A stretch of DNA of 64,000 nt from Sphyrna mokarran (lineage: Eukaryota), in NCBI GenBank assembly GCA_024679065.1, contig JAGIQG010000040.1, positions 7,502,001 through 7,566,000 on the forward strand, read 5' to 3'. Below, one piece after another: positions 13,791-26,880 of the stretch (position 1 is its first letter; the number at the start of each line of letters is the position of its first letter). The notes beneath the pieces were generated by a model, which saw only the letters and a program-made list of their open reading frames with translations, was not told where the DNA came from and did no database searches. The translations under genes were made by a program, and so were the position numbers.

Positions 13791-15521
13791 TCTATTTACA
13801 CACTTCACAGGAACTCCCAAGGCTCATGATCACTATTTAAATCAGTTTTTTTCTAGGTTCATAACATCGCCTGACAATGCTCCTCACTATCTGCAAGTCC
13901 AGCCATCTTTGTATCGTCTGCAAACTTGCTGATCACTCACTTAAACCCTCTTCCAAGTCATTTATATATATTACAGATAGAAGAGGTCCCAGTGCCAAGC
14001 CCTGCAGCACACCACTAGTGACCGACTTCCAGCTAGAAAAACACCCTTCCACTATTACTCTCTGTCTCCTATTACTAATTATTATTAATAATGAATTTTT
14101 ATCTGTCTGTTAATATCATCGCGCTGAGTAAAATATTCTTGTTGCTGAATTATTAAACAAAAACGGTTTCATTGCATAAAATGAGTTCTCCAGTTCTCCA
14201 GTGGATTAATTCTCACAATTATTACACTGAATTTAGCATTCAATTGGATTAAATCAACTCATGCTTTTCACAAATGTTGCCATTGTAATCACATTTTGTA
14301 TGTAGAGTTGTTTTACTATTGACTTTAACAGCGCTACAATAATTCCATCTAAACTATTACATAACGTAAAAGATTGAATAGAAACGACTAAATTTAATTA
14401 ATTTATATGGTAAGGTGACATTTTAGGGCAGCAAGTTTTTGACTGATGTACAAATGCTGATAATGAATGATTAGAATTTGCCCTGAACTCACAGAAGACA
14501 GCTTTACGTGCTTAGTCTCTAACACTGATTGGTTCAGCCCGGCTATTATATTCAATATCCCCTGACAATGGTGGTTCTGTTTTGATGACTGTTGGATCAG
14601 GATTTATTTTTCTGATACTTCCATCCAGTATTCTCTCGGTCTGTTCACATGTTTACAATTTTCACGCTGTTCGTCCACGCAACTGGTGACAGTTTTTGCA
14701 CCTAGCATGTACACTTATTTTGATGAATGTCCTCCAGTAAACCGGCAGCAACTATCGCGACAATGCTGTGCAAAAAGGGCAATTAAGGATGGACACCAGA
14801 TGCTGCCCGAGTCAGCGATGCCCACTTCCCATGAATGAATGGGGAACAAACCATAGGAAATTTGGTGAATTATAAGCGGGCTGCTATTCGAATAAGACCT
14901 CACCACCTGTAAGTTGCAATATTTTCGATCAACACTGGAAATCCCAGGTGATTGTCAGCGAATGATGTCAGATCAAAAACACCCACTATCAAAATGTTCT
15001 TCACTCATTCGGATAAACGTTAATTTTCCATTCCACAACCACAATTTGGACATATTACAGAACGGATAACATTTTCCAGTCGTGATTTTTTTTATTAATT
15101 AAATCGGACGAATATTCAGAGAGTTATAAGCTATATTTTTGTCAATTTCGATTCTTGTCCGTTGCTTAGGTATTTTCTATAATCTCCTTATTCTTGTTTG
15201 ATTTTTTTTGCTGTTGTTGTGAATTCCATTTTTCAGTTCAAAATTGATTGCTTCTTCTCCAATCTTTGGCCTCCTTAGATTAGATTCCATTGCTATAATA
15301 TCTCCGTCCGTGCATTTGATCCCGGTTACTATGTTGATCACATTAAACAATAGGAAATGGAGAACCATCAATTTTGGACCACGTCCCAATATTTTAAGTT
15401 TGGTACAGACTATAATGTTGCACATGACTCTTTCTTTGAATTAATAAATGGAAGCCTTATTCTTGCTCTGACTTAAACAGATGTTTATTTATATTCTCTC
15501 TCTCTCTTCTCCCTGTCACAG

Positions 15522-16432
15522 CTAATTTGGCAGTGATCGTGATCCTGTCTCGAAGACGGTGTGGTCTTTCTAGGTGCATTACTTGTTATCTGATCTCCAT
15601 GGCAGTGACAGACCTCTTGGTCATCATCACGGCTGTAATACTGAACCGGATTTCTGGGATTTATTTCCCAGCCAGTTTCCTATCTATTACACCGGTTTGC
15701 AGCGTCCGTGCTGCCTTAAATTTTGCCGCCATTGACAGCTCTGCCTGGTTCACTGTCGCTTTCACCTTTGATCGATTTGTGGCCATTTCTTGCCAGAAGC
15801 TGAAAATAAAATATTGCACCGAGAAGATGGCAGCGTGTGTAACAGGAATTGTATCTGTGCTGACCTGCGTGAAAAATATCTTCATGTATTTTGCATATGA
15901 ACCGTTATACATCATTGACAATATACCATGGTTCTGTGGCTTAAAAGGTGCATATTACACATCAGCACTATGGGCTGCATATGACTGGATTCGCTCCATC
16001 TTAACCCCTTGTCTCCCATTCATTCTGATTTTATTACTCAATGCACTGACGGTCAGACATATTCTCGCGGCCAATAGAGCCCGCAGGAGACTCCGTGCCC
16101 AGAGCAATGGAGAGAATCAGAGTGACCCCGAGATGGAGAAGCGAAGAAAGTCCATTGTTTTACTGTTTGCTATTTCTGGAAGTTTCATCCTGTTGTATTT
16201 GTTATTTTTTGTAACGATTCTCTATGTCCGAATTGCGAATGTTACTTATTCCTCGGGCTCCAATTCTACTAATTCCACATACATGCTCCAACAAATTGGA
16301 TACATGCTTCAGTTATTGAGTTCTTGTGTCAACCCTTTTATTTATGCTGGGACTCAGAGTAAAATCAGAAACGAGTTAAAGAACGGGGTGAAATATCCGC
16401 TGAGACTATTTGCTCAAGCATTAAAGTTTTGA
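15522..16432 (+). CDS. GPR139/GPR142-like class A GPCR, coding exon 2 (TM1 end to TM7 and C-tail); spliced protein 326 aa
   Basis: Polypyrimidine tract + CAG acceptor ending at 15521; open frame to TGA at 16432. Motifs: MAVTDLL (TM2), FTFDRFVAI (DRY variant), PCLPF (TM5), SSCVNPFIY (NPxxY). Family name from recalled similarity to the expanded chondrichthyan GPR139-like set. Confidence 0.88.
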
Positions 16433-17388
16433 AAACTATGAACCGTATTGCATATTATTGCATGCCTTTCTCTTATCTATACCACTTCCGCCTGTTAACT
16501 CTGCTCACATTTAAATTTCTATGAAATATTTTAATTGGGATGGTAAAACAAACTGCAGTACCTGATGAATCAGCCTTGTATTTAGTTTCCAAATAGTTTT
16601 CAATTCCCTACTCGTTGTTGATTCACAACTTCTCCGTTCCTACCAACCTAGCGCTGTAAATCAGTGTAATGTTTCAATTAGCACAGGTCGAGTAAACAGG
16701 AAGGAATTATTTATTGCATTATTTTGTTGTTGTTTGATCAGATGTAAGCATTCGGATAAGGACAGTACTTATTGCCCATCCAAATTACTCTTTTCGTGCC
16801 AGATTCCTGTCTGCACTCATTGCCTGTATTTGCTCTGCCATCTTCCACTCTTGGGTCCGAGCAAATGCCTGAACCTCTGTCTGATGTTAGCAAAGTTGCC
16901 GCTGTAGCGTCTACATCTCCGCCTTGGTGATGACTCAAGCGCCAAATCATCAGCGAAAGGTGAGAATCAGCTTTTCTTCTGGCAGTCTTCTGACGATGAG
17001 TGAGCTCAAGATTGGCTATCTCTATTATTTTGGAAAGGATTGGACACAGAGCTCATAGCATGTTGTCAACACCCACATTCGGCAATTCATCATTTTTTAG
17101 TGCTTCCGCTCTGATCTAAGGCTGTTGTGGAAAAATGCAATATGAGCCCGCCATCTACCTTCCTCAATTTCCCTTATAGCATGCGGTATTGTGCATAGGC
17201 TCTGAATCAGATTGTTGTTATTCATCATGTCAGAATGAAGTTAAGTTACGGGAAATTATGTCCTTCTGATTACTCGTCATTAGGAACTCTATCTGGTCAG
17301 CTGTGCATATATGCTTCTTATACTTTGTGCTCCCTAAAGATTTTATGCATCCGTGCATTAGGCCGTCTCACTTATAATTTCACAGCCG

Positions 17389-17746
17389 TGTTACCCGCAG
17401 CAATCACCCATCCTGACTGCATTCTTACCATCGATTTACCCACAGCCTAATGGCTGAGCATGACTGAAACTTTCCTCCAGATCTTCTCCTTTCCCCTATG
17501 CTTTTGCTGATGACCTTGTAAGCTAAAGTCTCCTGCGATCAGTTCCAGTAACTACACAGTTTCTGCAAAACACATAATCCCCGATAAGCACAAAGTCTCA
17601 TGTAAGCAGGTAGTCACTTGTTAGCACATATTCTCCTATAAGCATATAGTTTCTTGGAAGCACATAATTTCTATAAGCAAGTGCATTTCTCTTGTTGACT
17701 GTTCATCAGAATAAAAGGCACATTGTTTGTGTTTGTGGGAGCAACA
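17389..17746 (+). mobile_element. Candidate solo LTR with internal degenerate 18-bp tandem repeat
   Basis: TGTTAC...GCAACA termini; AATAAA at 17710; about 7 units of AGCACATA(N)10 at ~17569..17680; no clean target-site duplication. Confidence 0.4.
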
Positions 17747-18429
17747 CTGTCCACCATTATTCCACATATATCATTGCGTGCGACCTTTCAGTATTGGCTG
17801 TGCAGTTATCACGATGCTTCAGCAGCTTCGTACCGAGGGGGAGTATCATGCGTGAGACAGCTTGATGCTGATATTCACTGAGGAGTTATCATTGAGATTC
17901 GGAGCAATAATCTGTCTCCCGCTATGCTACTATTCATCACTATTAAGTCACAGCCTGTGCTTTTGATAATGATGCGGGCTGTGCTTTTGCAGTGTCTGTG
18001 TATTTGTATGTCCTTGAGCTGGACGAAGAAAGGGCTGTAGCTCCACCACAGGATTGAACCGGAACTGCTCCCATTATGTTTGTTGAGTCATTTCCAGCCC
18101 TCTTTTCCCAAGATCCCAATAAACATTCATTGATGATTGGTCGCCTCTACAGAATAATCAACAAATTTACTGTTCCTCTTAGCTGGGGTATGTAATTATT
18201 TTATGCCCAAATTGAATAAAGAATTAAAAACAGAGGCTTGTGTGTAGAATATAGGGCATTCTGACTTGCTCACATTTTGAAGATTTTACAGATTGAACCC
18301 TCAGTCTTTCACTATTTCCCCTGACTCCTCCCCACTTTACTCTTCCTGTTAATACACAAATTGATGGGAAAGCCATAGATCGGTTTCGTTTCAACAATAG
18401 ATGTTCCAAAAAGTAAGCTATGTATCATC

Positions 18430-19130
18430 AATTTGCCAGTCGAATAGTCGGCATCCTATCAAAGGCAATTTCAACAAGAGTCCACCCATCGACATTGGAC
18501 ACTCGAAGGCATTTATATCAGTGGACTTCCCACTGGCAACAACCTGGGAGTTATCATTGAACTGAAACTCAACTGGGTTGGCCATATAAATATTGTATCT
18601 ACAAGCGAGTTCAGAAATTAAGGGCCTCATAGTGATAACTCATCTGCTTGCTTCCGAGAACCTCCCCACCATTTGCAAAGATAAAGTCATTGTGTAATTG
18701 AATGATGTTCACTTGTTCTCATAAGTGCAACTCCAACACCACCCAAGAATGTGACACCCATCAGGGTAAAAATGGCCATCTGATTGGCATTGCATAGACA
18801 AGCAGTAAATCGTTAAACTACTGATACAGTGGAGCAGTGTGTACAATGTACAATGTTCATTGCTCAAATTTACACAGCCCTCTTCGACAGCAATTTCCAA
18901 ATCCACGACCACTGCCATATCGACGTCAGCAGATACTTGGTAAAACCACTACCTTCAAGTTCTCCTCTTAGCTGCCCATCGTCCTGACTTGAAAATAAAT
19001 CTCTGCTCCTTCATGATCTCTGGGCCGATGTCCTGGAACTTCCCCCATAACAGCACTGCGGAATCTATCTACAACACATTGACTGGAACGATTCAATATC
19101 CTCGCTCACCACCACATTCAGAAGGATAAT
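18430..19130 (+). mobile_element. Old LINE 3' fragment of a second family (related piece on - at ~37950..38380)
   Basis: Degenerate RT C-terminal coding pattern shared by both places; subfamily not determined. Confidence 0.55.
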
Positions 19131-19289
19131 TAGTGATACTAAAATGTTGGTTTCACCAGGGACTGCATCCAAAAAAATTAATACTCATAAATTCAACCCT
19201 GCCCAATTCGTGTCCCTTTCAGGCAAGAATGAATTGGCATTTATGGTTCATCCACAAATGTATAGGTAATAGACATGTGTTTCTGTGGC

Positions 19290-22200
19290 CGCAAACAAGA
19301 TTCCCTGGTTCTAGGATCAAGGATATCTCAGAGCGGCTGCAAGTCATTCTGAAGGGGGAGGGCGAACAGCCAATGATCATAGTACACTTTGGTACAAAGA
19401 ACATAAGTATAAAAAGGATGAGGTCCTAAAAGCAGAATACAGGAAGCTAGGAAGAAAATTAAGAAATTCGACCTCAAGGACAGTGATCTCAGATTGCTAC
19501 CGGTGCCACTTGCTGGTCAGAGTAGAAATGACAGGATCTATCAGATAAATACATAGTTGAAGAGATGGGGAGGGGGAGGGATTCAGATTCCTCGGCAATG
19601 GGACCGGTTCTGGGGAATGGGGCACCTAGGCAGGACTGGGACTGATGACCCGGGGGGGGGGGGGTGCTTGCCAGTGCGGTTGAAGAGGGTTTAAATTAAT
19701 ATGCCGGAGGATAGGAGCCTCTGTAAAGAGTCTGAGTTTGAGGGAGCAAGGGCAAAATGTGGAGAGAAGGTTCCAACTACATCAAATATTAGAGAAAATA
19801 TTAAAAGGAAGGAGAACTCCGGATATGTTATTAATGGAAGTGTTAGAATTCAAAAAAGATACAAAACTAGCATAAGAGCACGTTATCTGAATACTCGTAG
19901 CTTTCAAAACAAGTAAGTGAGTTGACGGCACAAATGATTGCGAACGAATATGATTTGGTGTCTATTAAGACACATGGTTCCAGGATGGTCACGACTGGGA
20001 GTTAAGTATCCAAGGGTATCAGACTGTTTGGAGAAACCGACTGGAAGATAAGGAAGATGTTTTGCTCTGATATTTAAAGATGACGTCAGGGTGGTAGTGA
20101 GAGATGATATAGGTTCTATGCAAAACATTGTTGAATCAATTTATGTGGAAATTAAAAACAGAAATGAGAAAAAAAGTACTGATAGGCGTAGTCTATAGGT
20201 CACCAAATAATAAAATCATGGTGGGGCCAAAAATAAACAAAGAAATAACTGATGCATCTAAAATTGGTACAGCAATTGTCATGATGGATTTTAATTTACA
20301 GATCATTGGTCAAATCAGATCGGTCAAGGCAGCCTTGAGGAGGAGTTCATAGAATGTATCTGCGATTGCTTCCTTGAACAATATGTAATAGAACCTACGA
20401 GGGAGCAAGCTATCCTAGATCTGGTCCTGTGTAATGAGACAGGAATGATTAATGATCTTACTGTTATGGATCCTGTCAGAAGAAAAGATCACAGAATCTT
20501 TGAATTTAAAATAATATTGGAGCTTAGGAAGGTAAAATCCAATACTAGTGTCTTGTGCTCAAACAAAGGAGACAACAAAAAGATGAGGGAGGCGTTGGCT
20601 AAGTTAGACTGACAACAAAACTTTATGGTGGATCAATTGAGAAGCAACAGAAGACTTTCAAAGCGAACTTTCACAGTATACAGCAAACGTATGTCCCAGT
20701 GAAAAAGGGGGATGTAATAGCTGTAAATGAAAAAAATGGCTGAGGCATTGACCAGGTATTTTGTGTCAGTCTTCACAGTGGAAGACATAAATTGAAGAGT
20801 GAAGGGACTAGCAACTATCATTATCACGAAAGAAGTCGTGTTGGGCAAGCTAATGAGACTAAAGATAGACAAGTCTCCTGGCTCTGTTGGAATGCATCCA
20901 AGGGTACTAAAGAGATGATGGGGGAAATAGCAAATGCACTAGTGATAATTTACCAAAATTCGCTGGACTCTGGAGTAGCTGCTGCAAATTGGAAAACAGG
21001 AATAGTGACATCATGGTTTAAAAAAGGAGGTAGAATGAAAGGCGGTTAACTATAGGCTGGTTAGCTTTATTTTTGTAGGAGAGAAATTGCCTGAATCTAT
21101 CATCAATGAACAAAGAACGTGATGTAAAATAATTAGAGGCACAGATTAGTTAGATAGTCAATATCTTTTTCCAAGGTAAGGGAGCCTAAAACCGGAGGCC
21201 GTAGATTTAAGATGAGACAGGAGAGATACAAAAGTGTCCAGAGAGGCAACTTTTTAACAGAGAGGGTGGTGAGCGTCTGGAACAAGCTGCCAAAGGTAGC
21301 AGTACAGGCGGGTACAATTTTGTCTTTTAAAAAGGATTTAGATAATTACATCAATACAATGAGTATAGAGAGATATGGGCCAAATGCAGGCAATTGGGAT
21401 TAGCTTAGGCGTTAAAAAAGGGTTGCATGGACAAGTTGGGCTGAAGAGCTTGTTTCCATGCAGTAAACCTCTGTGACTCTAGGATCTGGATATAAATTGT
21501 TTCGTTGATAAGATGGAACATGGATTCATGAAGAGCAGGTGTGTTTGACTAATTTGGTGGAATTCTTTGAAAACATTACATGTGCAGTGGAGAACCTGTG
21601 GATGTGGTGCATCTGGATTTCCAGAAGCATTTGACAAGGTGTGCACCGAAGGGCCTGTTTGTGTTGTAGTGTTCTAAGGTGCCGCACCAAAGACTGTGTG
21701 TTACGGGCGGTTATTAGCACGGATAGAGAATTGTTTAACTAATAGAGAGCAAAGAGTGGCAGTTAATGTTTTTTTTCTGGTTAGCGATCAATGGCTAGTG
21801 GTGTGCCTCGGGGATCGGTGTTGGGACCACAATTGTTTCCGATTTACATCGATAATTTGGAGTTGAGGACGAAGTGTAGTGTGTCAAAATTCGCAAATGA
21901 CACTAAGAAGAGTGACAGAGCAAAGTATTGCAAAGGATGCTGAAAGTCTGCAAAGGGCATCAACAGTCTGAGTGGGTGAGTGTCCGGCAGATGGCAGTAC
22001 AATGTTGTTAAGTGTGAGGTCATCCATTTTGGTAGGAATAAAAGCAAAATAGACGATTATTTAAATGGTAAAAAATTACAGCATTCTGCCATGTAGACGG
22101 ATCTGGGAGTCTTGTGCATGAATCACAAGAAGTTGGTTTGCAAATGTAGCAGGTAATCAAGAAGGCAAACGGAATTTTGTCCTTCATTGCTAGAGTGATG

Positions 22201-22810
22201 GAGTTTAAAAACAGCGAGTTATGATGCAGCTGTATAAGGTGCTGGTGAAGCCAAATCTGGAGTACAGTATACAGTTTTGTTCCCCTTAATTGAGAAATGA
22301 TACATTGGCACTCGAGGGGGTGCAGAGGAGATTCATTAGATTGATTCCGGAGTTTAGAAGGTTGGCTTATGCCAAGAGACTGAGTAGATTCGGGCTATTC
22401 TCATTGGAATTCAGAAGAATGAGGAGACGTCTTATAGAAACATATCAGATTATGAAGAGAATACATAGGATTGAAGCAGGAAGTGGTTTCCATTGGCGGG
22501 TGAAACTAGAGATAAGGGGCATGGCTTCAGAATGTGGAAGCAGGTTAAAGACTAGTTGAGAAGGAACATCTTAACACAAAGGTTGTGAATCTGTGGAAAA
22601 GCCTGTCCCGTGAAACAGTTGAGGCTACCTCACTGAATGTTTTTAAGGAAAGAATAGATACATTTTTGAATAGTAAAGGAATTAAGGGTTATGGTGAGCG
22701 GGCGGATAAGTGGAGCTGGGTGCATGGAAAGATCAGCTATAATCTTATTGAATTGCGGAGCAGGCTCCAAGGGCCAGACTGCCTACTCCTGTTCTTAGTT
22801 CTCCTTTTTT
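19290..22810 (+). mobile_element. Long degenerate CR1 (ORF1 esterase-like part, endonuclease, RT) with nested CR1 fragment ~21120..21480
   Basis: 'FPGSRIKDISERLQVILKGEGEQPMIIVHFGT' (SGNH-type ORF1), 'LIGVVYRSPN' (endonuclease), RT remnants; many stops. Confidence 0.88.
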
Positions 22811-22889
22811 TCAGTCCTTCTTAAAGCTGCAAATGTATTCTTTGAAAATATAAGTGCCTGCACATCCATTTCAGAGATGTAAAAATTTA

Positions 22890-23490
22890 ATATTGAATCC
22901 TTACAGTGCAGAAGGAGAACATTCATCCTATAGAGTTTGCACTGGCCCTCCGAAAAAGCATCTCCCTTTGTCCAATCCCTCACTGCGTCCCCGTGCATCA
23001 ACTTGCACAGAAGTTGAAAACTGAGTAGAAATTCATCATGATCAACCCACTTAACCAGCAGGCCCTTGGACTGTGAGAGGTGCCAGGAACACTGGGCGAA
23101 ACCTACGCAGACATGTATAGAGTGTGCAAGCTCCACACAGCGGCTGGGTTCGATCACGGATCCCTGAAATCACTGAGAGAGGCCATTCGGCCCATTGACT
23201 CCGCACCGACTACAATCCCACCCAGTCCCTACATCTATATCCCTCTGTTTTGCCCATTAATTCTTCTAGCGTACATATATGACACTAAGGGGCAATTTAA
23301 GCATGGCCAATCAACCTAACCTGCACATCTTTGGACTATGGGAGGAAACCGGTGCACCCGGATGAAACCCATACAGACACGAGGAGAATGTGCAAACTCC
23401 ACACAGACAGTGACCCAAGCCGGGAATCTAACACAGCACCATAGAGCTGTGAAGCAGTAGTATTCAGCACTGTGCTACGGTGCCGCCCCA
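22890..23490 (-). mobile_element. Two tandem HE1/V-SINE-like SINEs
   Basis: Reverse-strand GGGCGGCACCGTAGCACAGTG head at ~23489; V-domain core; CR1-type tail. Confidence 0.8.
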
Positions 23491-23790
23491 CTAGTAGCAA
23501 TGGTAATTACTATTACACCGATCGAGTTCTGATGACTGGAACTACCACAGGACAAAAATAATTGCGAAGTTGTATTATAATCTCTGAATGTATTTAATAA
23601 ATCAATTGGATTTCAGTCAGCGAGTGGCCTCGATGACCTGAATCGTTTTCTGATTCTACTGGCAGATAAAATTAATGATATAATTCCTAAGTATCTTATC
23701 TCAATCTATTTCTGTAAATCAGATGGTGTGTTGTCGGCTAAAGGCGCAGCTAAATACTGTGTTGTCCTTTTGTATTTTTGCTCGTGAAGT

Positions 23791-23863
23791 ATTTGCGTCG
23801 TACAGTGATCATCACATTTACCTCCAGGGCGAAAAGTCCCCTGCTGAAAACTGTCCAGAAAGT
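23791..23863 (+). pseudogene. Degenerate tRNA-Val relic
   Basis: ATTTGCGTCGTACAGTGATCATCACATTTACCTCCAGGGCGAAAAGTCCCCTGCTGAAAACTGTCCAGAAAG aligns without gaps to vertebrate tRNA-Val; B-box decayed. Confidence 0.55.
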
Positions 23864-24729
23864 TGTCAATTTATTCTAAGTTTAGAATAATCAAAGTTGA
23901 AATAATCTGAGTGCTGGCTGCCAAAAGAAATAAATATGCTGAGTATTCCCAGCATTTTCTGTTTCAAAATTGCACAGTCCCGATGCAAAAACGAAGGGAG
24001 GCAGATCTGCGACAGAAAACAAGGCAGGATGGATTAACTGAAAAAAAGAATGGTGGAAAGGGCAACACTGGTGAAGCCTGGGTGGGCTAATGGATCAGAA
24101 TCAAGGTTTTTAGCGACAGACACTTAGAACCAGTCACAATGGTTTTACTGAATGAATGTTGGTCTACTAGACATCCCAGAACAACTCTTGATAGGCGAGA
24201 TTAATGAAGTAGTCCAACCCTGGGATAGACGCGATTAATAAATGAGAACGGGGACGCTTGTTTATTGTAATTTCCATTGTAACATTGCATTGAACGGTGC
24301 ATTGAACCCTAAACACTAGCCAACAGGGTCTCACCTTTCTGACTCCCAGATGCTGATTACAAGAATGTGCACAGACCCAATTATCCACAGTCACACTCTC
24401 TTTTCAATCTGTTAAGATTTGAAATTGTTCACACTTTCGAACTAGCTTCCAGTTTGACCAAGGAAGAGCTGTGATAAGCTAATGTTGTTCAGCAGATATA
24501 TCTTCATAAGGTTTATAACATATCAGTCTTAACATTGTTCTTTGAACGTGATGTGTTATGGAGAAACTTCATGCAGTTCAAGTTAGCATCCACATTTTGA
24601 CAGGAGGGACCAGTAAGGGCAACGTAAATATGAATTGAAGGGATTGACGAATGGGACTGATTATTTTTTCCTGCTGTTCAAATGGGCGCAAGTATTATAT
24701 GACTATTTATGGCCTGCTGTTGTGTGCTA

Positions 24730-24801
24730 GGTTTCGTGCTGTAATGGTGAGCACTCTGGACTCTGAATTCAGTGATTCCAGTTCAAATCTCGTTGGAATG
24801 T
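24730..24801 (+). pseudogene. tRNA-Gln(CTG) pseudogene
   Basis: GGTTTCGTGCTGTAATGGTGAGCACTCTGGACTCTGAATTCAGTGATTCCAGTTCAAATCTCGTTGGAATGT; anticodon loop and GTTCAAATC retained, acceptor and T stems mismatched. Confidence 0.8.
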
Positions 24802-24905
24802 TCCTTTACTTTGCTAAAACCCGATATTTGGTTTGGTAAAGGGCTTTTTCTTTGTAAATTCTCATCAAGGGGAAATCGAAACGCTGACGAAATGTCATAA
24901 AAGAA

Positions 24906-24979
24906 ATGTTCTGCCGAGATTTGAACCCAGATTGCCGAATTCAGAGGCCAGTGTGTGCTTACGATTTCACCACAGAACG
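24906..24979 (-). pseudogene. tRNA-Gln(CTG) pseudogene
   Basis: Reverse strand CGTTCTGTGGTGAAATCGTAAGCACACACTGGCCTCTGAATTCGGCAATCTGGGTTCAAATCTCGGCAGAACAT. Confidence 0.75.
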
Positions 24980-25312
24980 CAGAAACTAGCTGGAAATCTT
25001 CACTCAAGGATTTTGGTCTCTTCCGTTCAGTGTGGCAGCAACAGCAAGTGCAGCAAGTATGTGTCGTTATGTGCCACCATTGACATGAGAAAATCTCAGA
25101 AGACATAGACCCCTCTCCCCTCCCCCCTCCTCTCTCCCCTCCCCCTTTCCCTCTCACTCCCCACCCCCACCTCCCTCCCAATCTACAGCAAATCATTTCA
25201 TCCTAAACCATATCGGGGATACAGCAGAAGTAGTCATGTTTCACAGGTCACCTGCACAGGGTGGGTGCGGAGGGGGCCGAAGGGGTGGGTAGAAGGGGGT
25301 GGCTTTGTTTTG

Positions 25313-25384
25313 GGTTCCGCGGCGTAATGATGACCACTCTCGGCCCTGAATCGAGTAATCCGAATTCAAGTCTTAGTGGAGCCT
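25313..25384 (+). pseudogene. tRNA-Gln(CTG) pseudogene
   Basis: GGTTCCGCGGCGTAATGATGACCACTCTCGGCCCTGAATCGAGTAATCCGAATTCAAGTCTTAGTGGAGCCT, colinear with tRNA-Gln. Confidence 0.75.
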
Positions 25385-25516
25385 TGCTTTATGTTCTCAA
25401 TGCTGATAATTGCTTTGCTACAGGGTATTTCGTATAAAACCCTCACAAAATACGAATCGAGGGGACAATTTGTCAGCCATTTCAATGACATTAATTTGTT
25501 ATCAGCCTTATTAAGA

Positions 25517-26315
25517 TATAGAACATAGAACAATACAGCACAGAACAGGCCCTTCGGCCTTCGATGTTGTGCCGACCAAAATAAAAAGCAATGCCCCTCC
25601 TAACTAAACCATTCCCTTCTCATCCATATACTTATCAACTAACCTCTTAAACGCCACCAAACTTGGCGCATCTACAACAGCTGCAGGCAGGGCATTCCAC
25701 TCCCTAATCACTCTTTGAGTAAAGAACCTACCTCTGATATCCGTCCTATAACTCATACCCCTTAATTTAAAGCTGTGTCCCCTCGTGCTAGCTTTCTCCA
25801 TCCTAGGAAAAAGGCTATCACTGTCCACCCTATCTAAACCTCTAATCATCTTATATGCTTCAATAAGATCCCCTCTTAGCCGCCTCCTTTCTAACGAAAA
25901 CAACCTCAAATCCTTCAACCTCTCTTCATAGGACCTGCCCTCCATACCAGGCAACATCCTGGTAAACCTCCTCTGTACCCTCTCCAATGCCTCCACATCT
26001 TTCTTATAATGTGGGGACCAGAACTGCACACAATACTCCAAGTGCGGCCGCACTAGAGTTTTGTACAGTTGCAACATGATGCTGCGGCTCCTAAATTCAA
26101 TCCCCCTACCAATAAAAGCTAAGACTCCATATGCCTTCTTAACAACTTTATCCACTTGACTGCCTACTTTCAGGGATCTATTGACACATACACCAAGATC
26201 CTTCTGTTCCTCAACACTATTAAGAGCCCTACCATTAGCCCTATACTCTACACATTTATTGTTCCTGCCAAAGTGCATTACCTCACACTTTTCCACATTA
26301 AACTCCATTTGCCAT
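25517..26315 (-). mobile_element. Young 5'-truncated CR1
   Basis: ORF 25604..26308 near-identical to the other young copies. Confidence 0.95.
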
Positions 26316-26543
26316 ATATCCGCTGAAATGCATCAGCTTATCACAGCAATGACATTTCTGAGTCTCACATGTCAGCATCATCGCTGTTTCTTTTCATCTT
26401 TTCACTGCTCTTTAAATTCTGTTGAAGGAAAAGAACACTTGGTGTCACACAACAACCATTCCACCGGAGACTGGCAATTATGTGTGTGTTTGTGTGTGTG
26501 CGTTTTGGGAGAAAAGCCGTGTGTCTTCGGCCAGAGCGCCATC

Positions 26544-26587
26544 AGCTCTATGCTGTAATGGTTAGTTCACTGGACACTCTGGACACT
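26544..26587 (+). pseudogene. 5' fragment of a tRNA-Gln relic abutting a SINE
   Basis: GCTCTATGCTGTAATGGTTAG...CACTCTGGAC resembles the tRNA-Gln 5' half. Confidence 0.45.
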
Positions 26588-26880
26588 CATAAAATCCCTA
26601 CAGTCCAAAAGGAGGCCATTCGGCACATTGAGTTGGCCCAGACTCTATTCCGGTAACCCCATATTTGTACGCTACTCATCCCCCTGATACCAGCGTCAAT
26701 TTAGCAATGCCAATCAAGTTAATTCACAAATCTTTGGAGTGTTGGAGAAAACCGAAGTACCCGGAGAGAACCCAGGCAGAATTTGCGAACTCCACCCAGA
26801 CGGTGACCCGAGATCAGAATTGAAACCAGGTCCCAGGCGCTGTGAGGGAGCAGTATTAATCACCGTGCCACTGTGCTACC
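26588..26880 (-). mobile_element. HE1/V-SINE-like SINE
   Basis: Head, core and tail recognisable. Confidence 0.8.

Noticed and set aside
17569-17680. CRISPR-like array
   Set aside because: Degenerate 18-bp tandem units without unique spacers, in vertebrate DNA with no cas genes.
25108-25305. C-rich and G-rich tracts as functional G-quadruplex or switch region
   Set aside because: Short low-complexity sequence far from the constant exons; no supporting evidence.
24730-25384. Functional tRNA-Gln genes
   Set aside because: Multiple stem mismatches and damaged A/B boxes; called pseudogenes.
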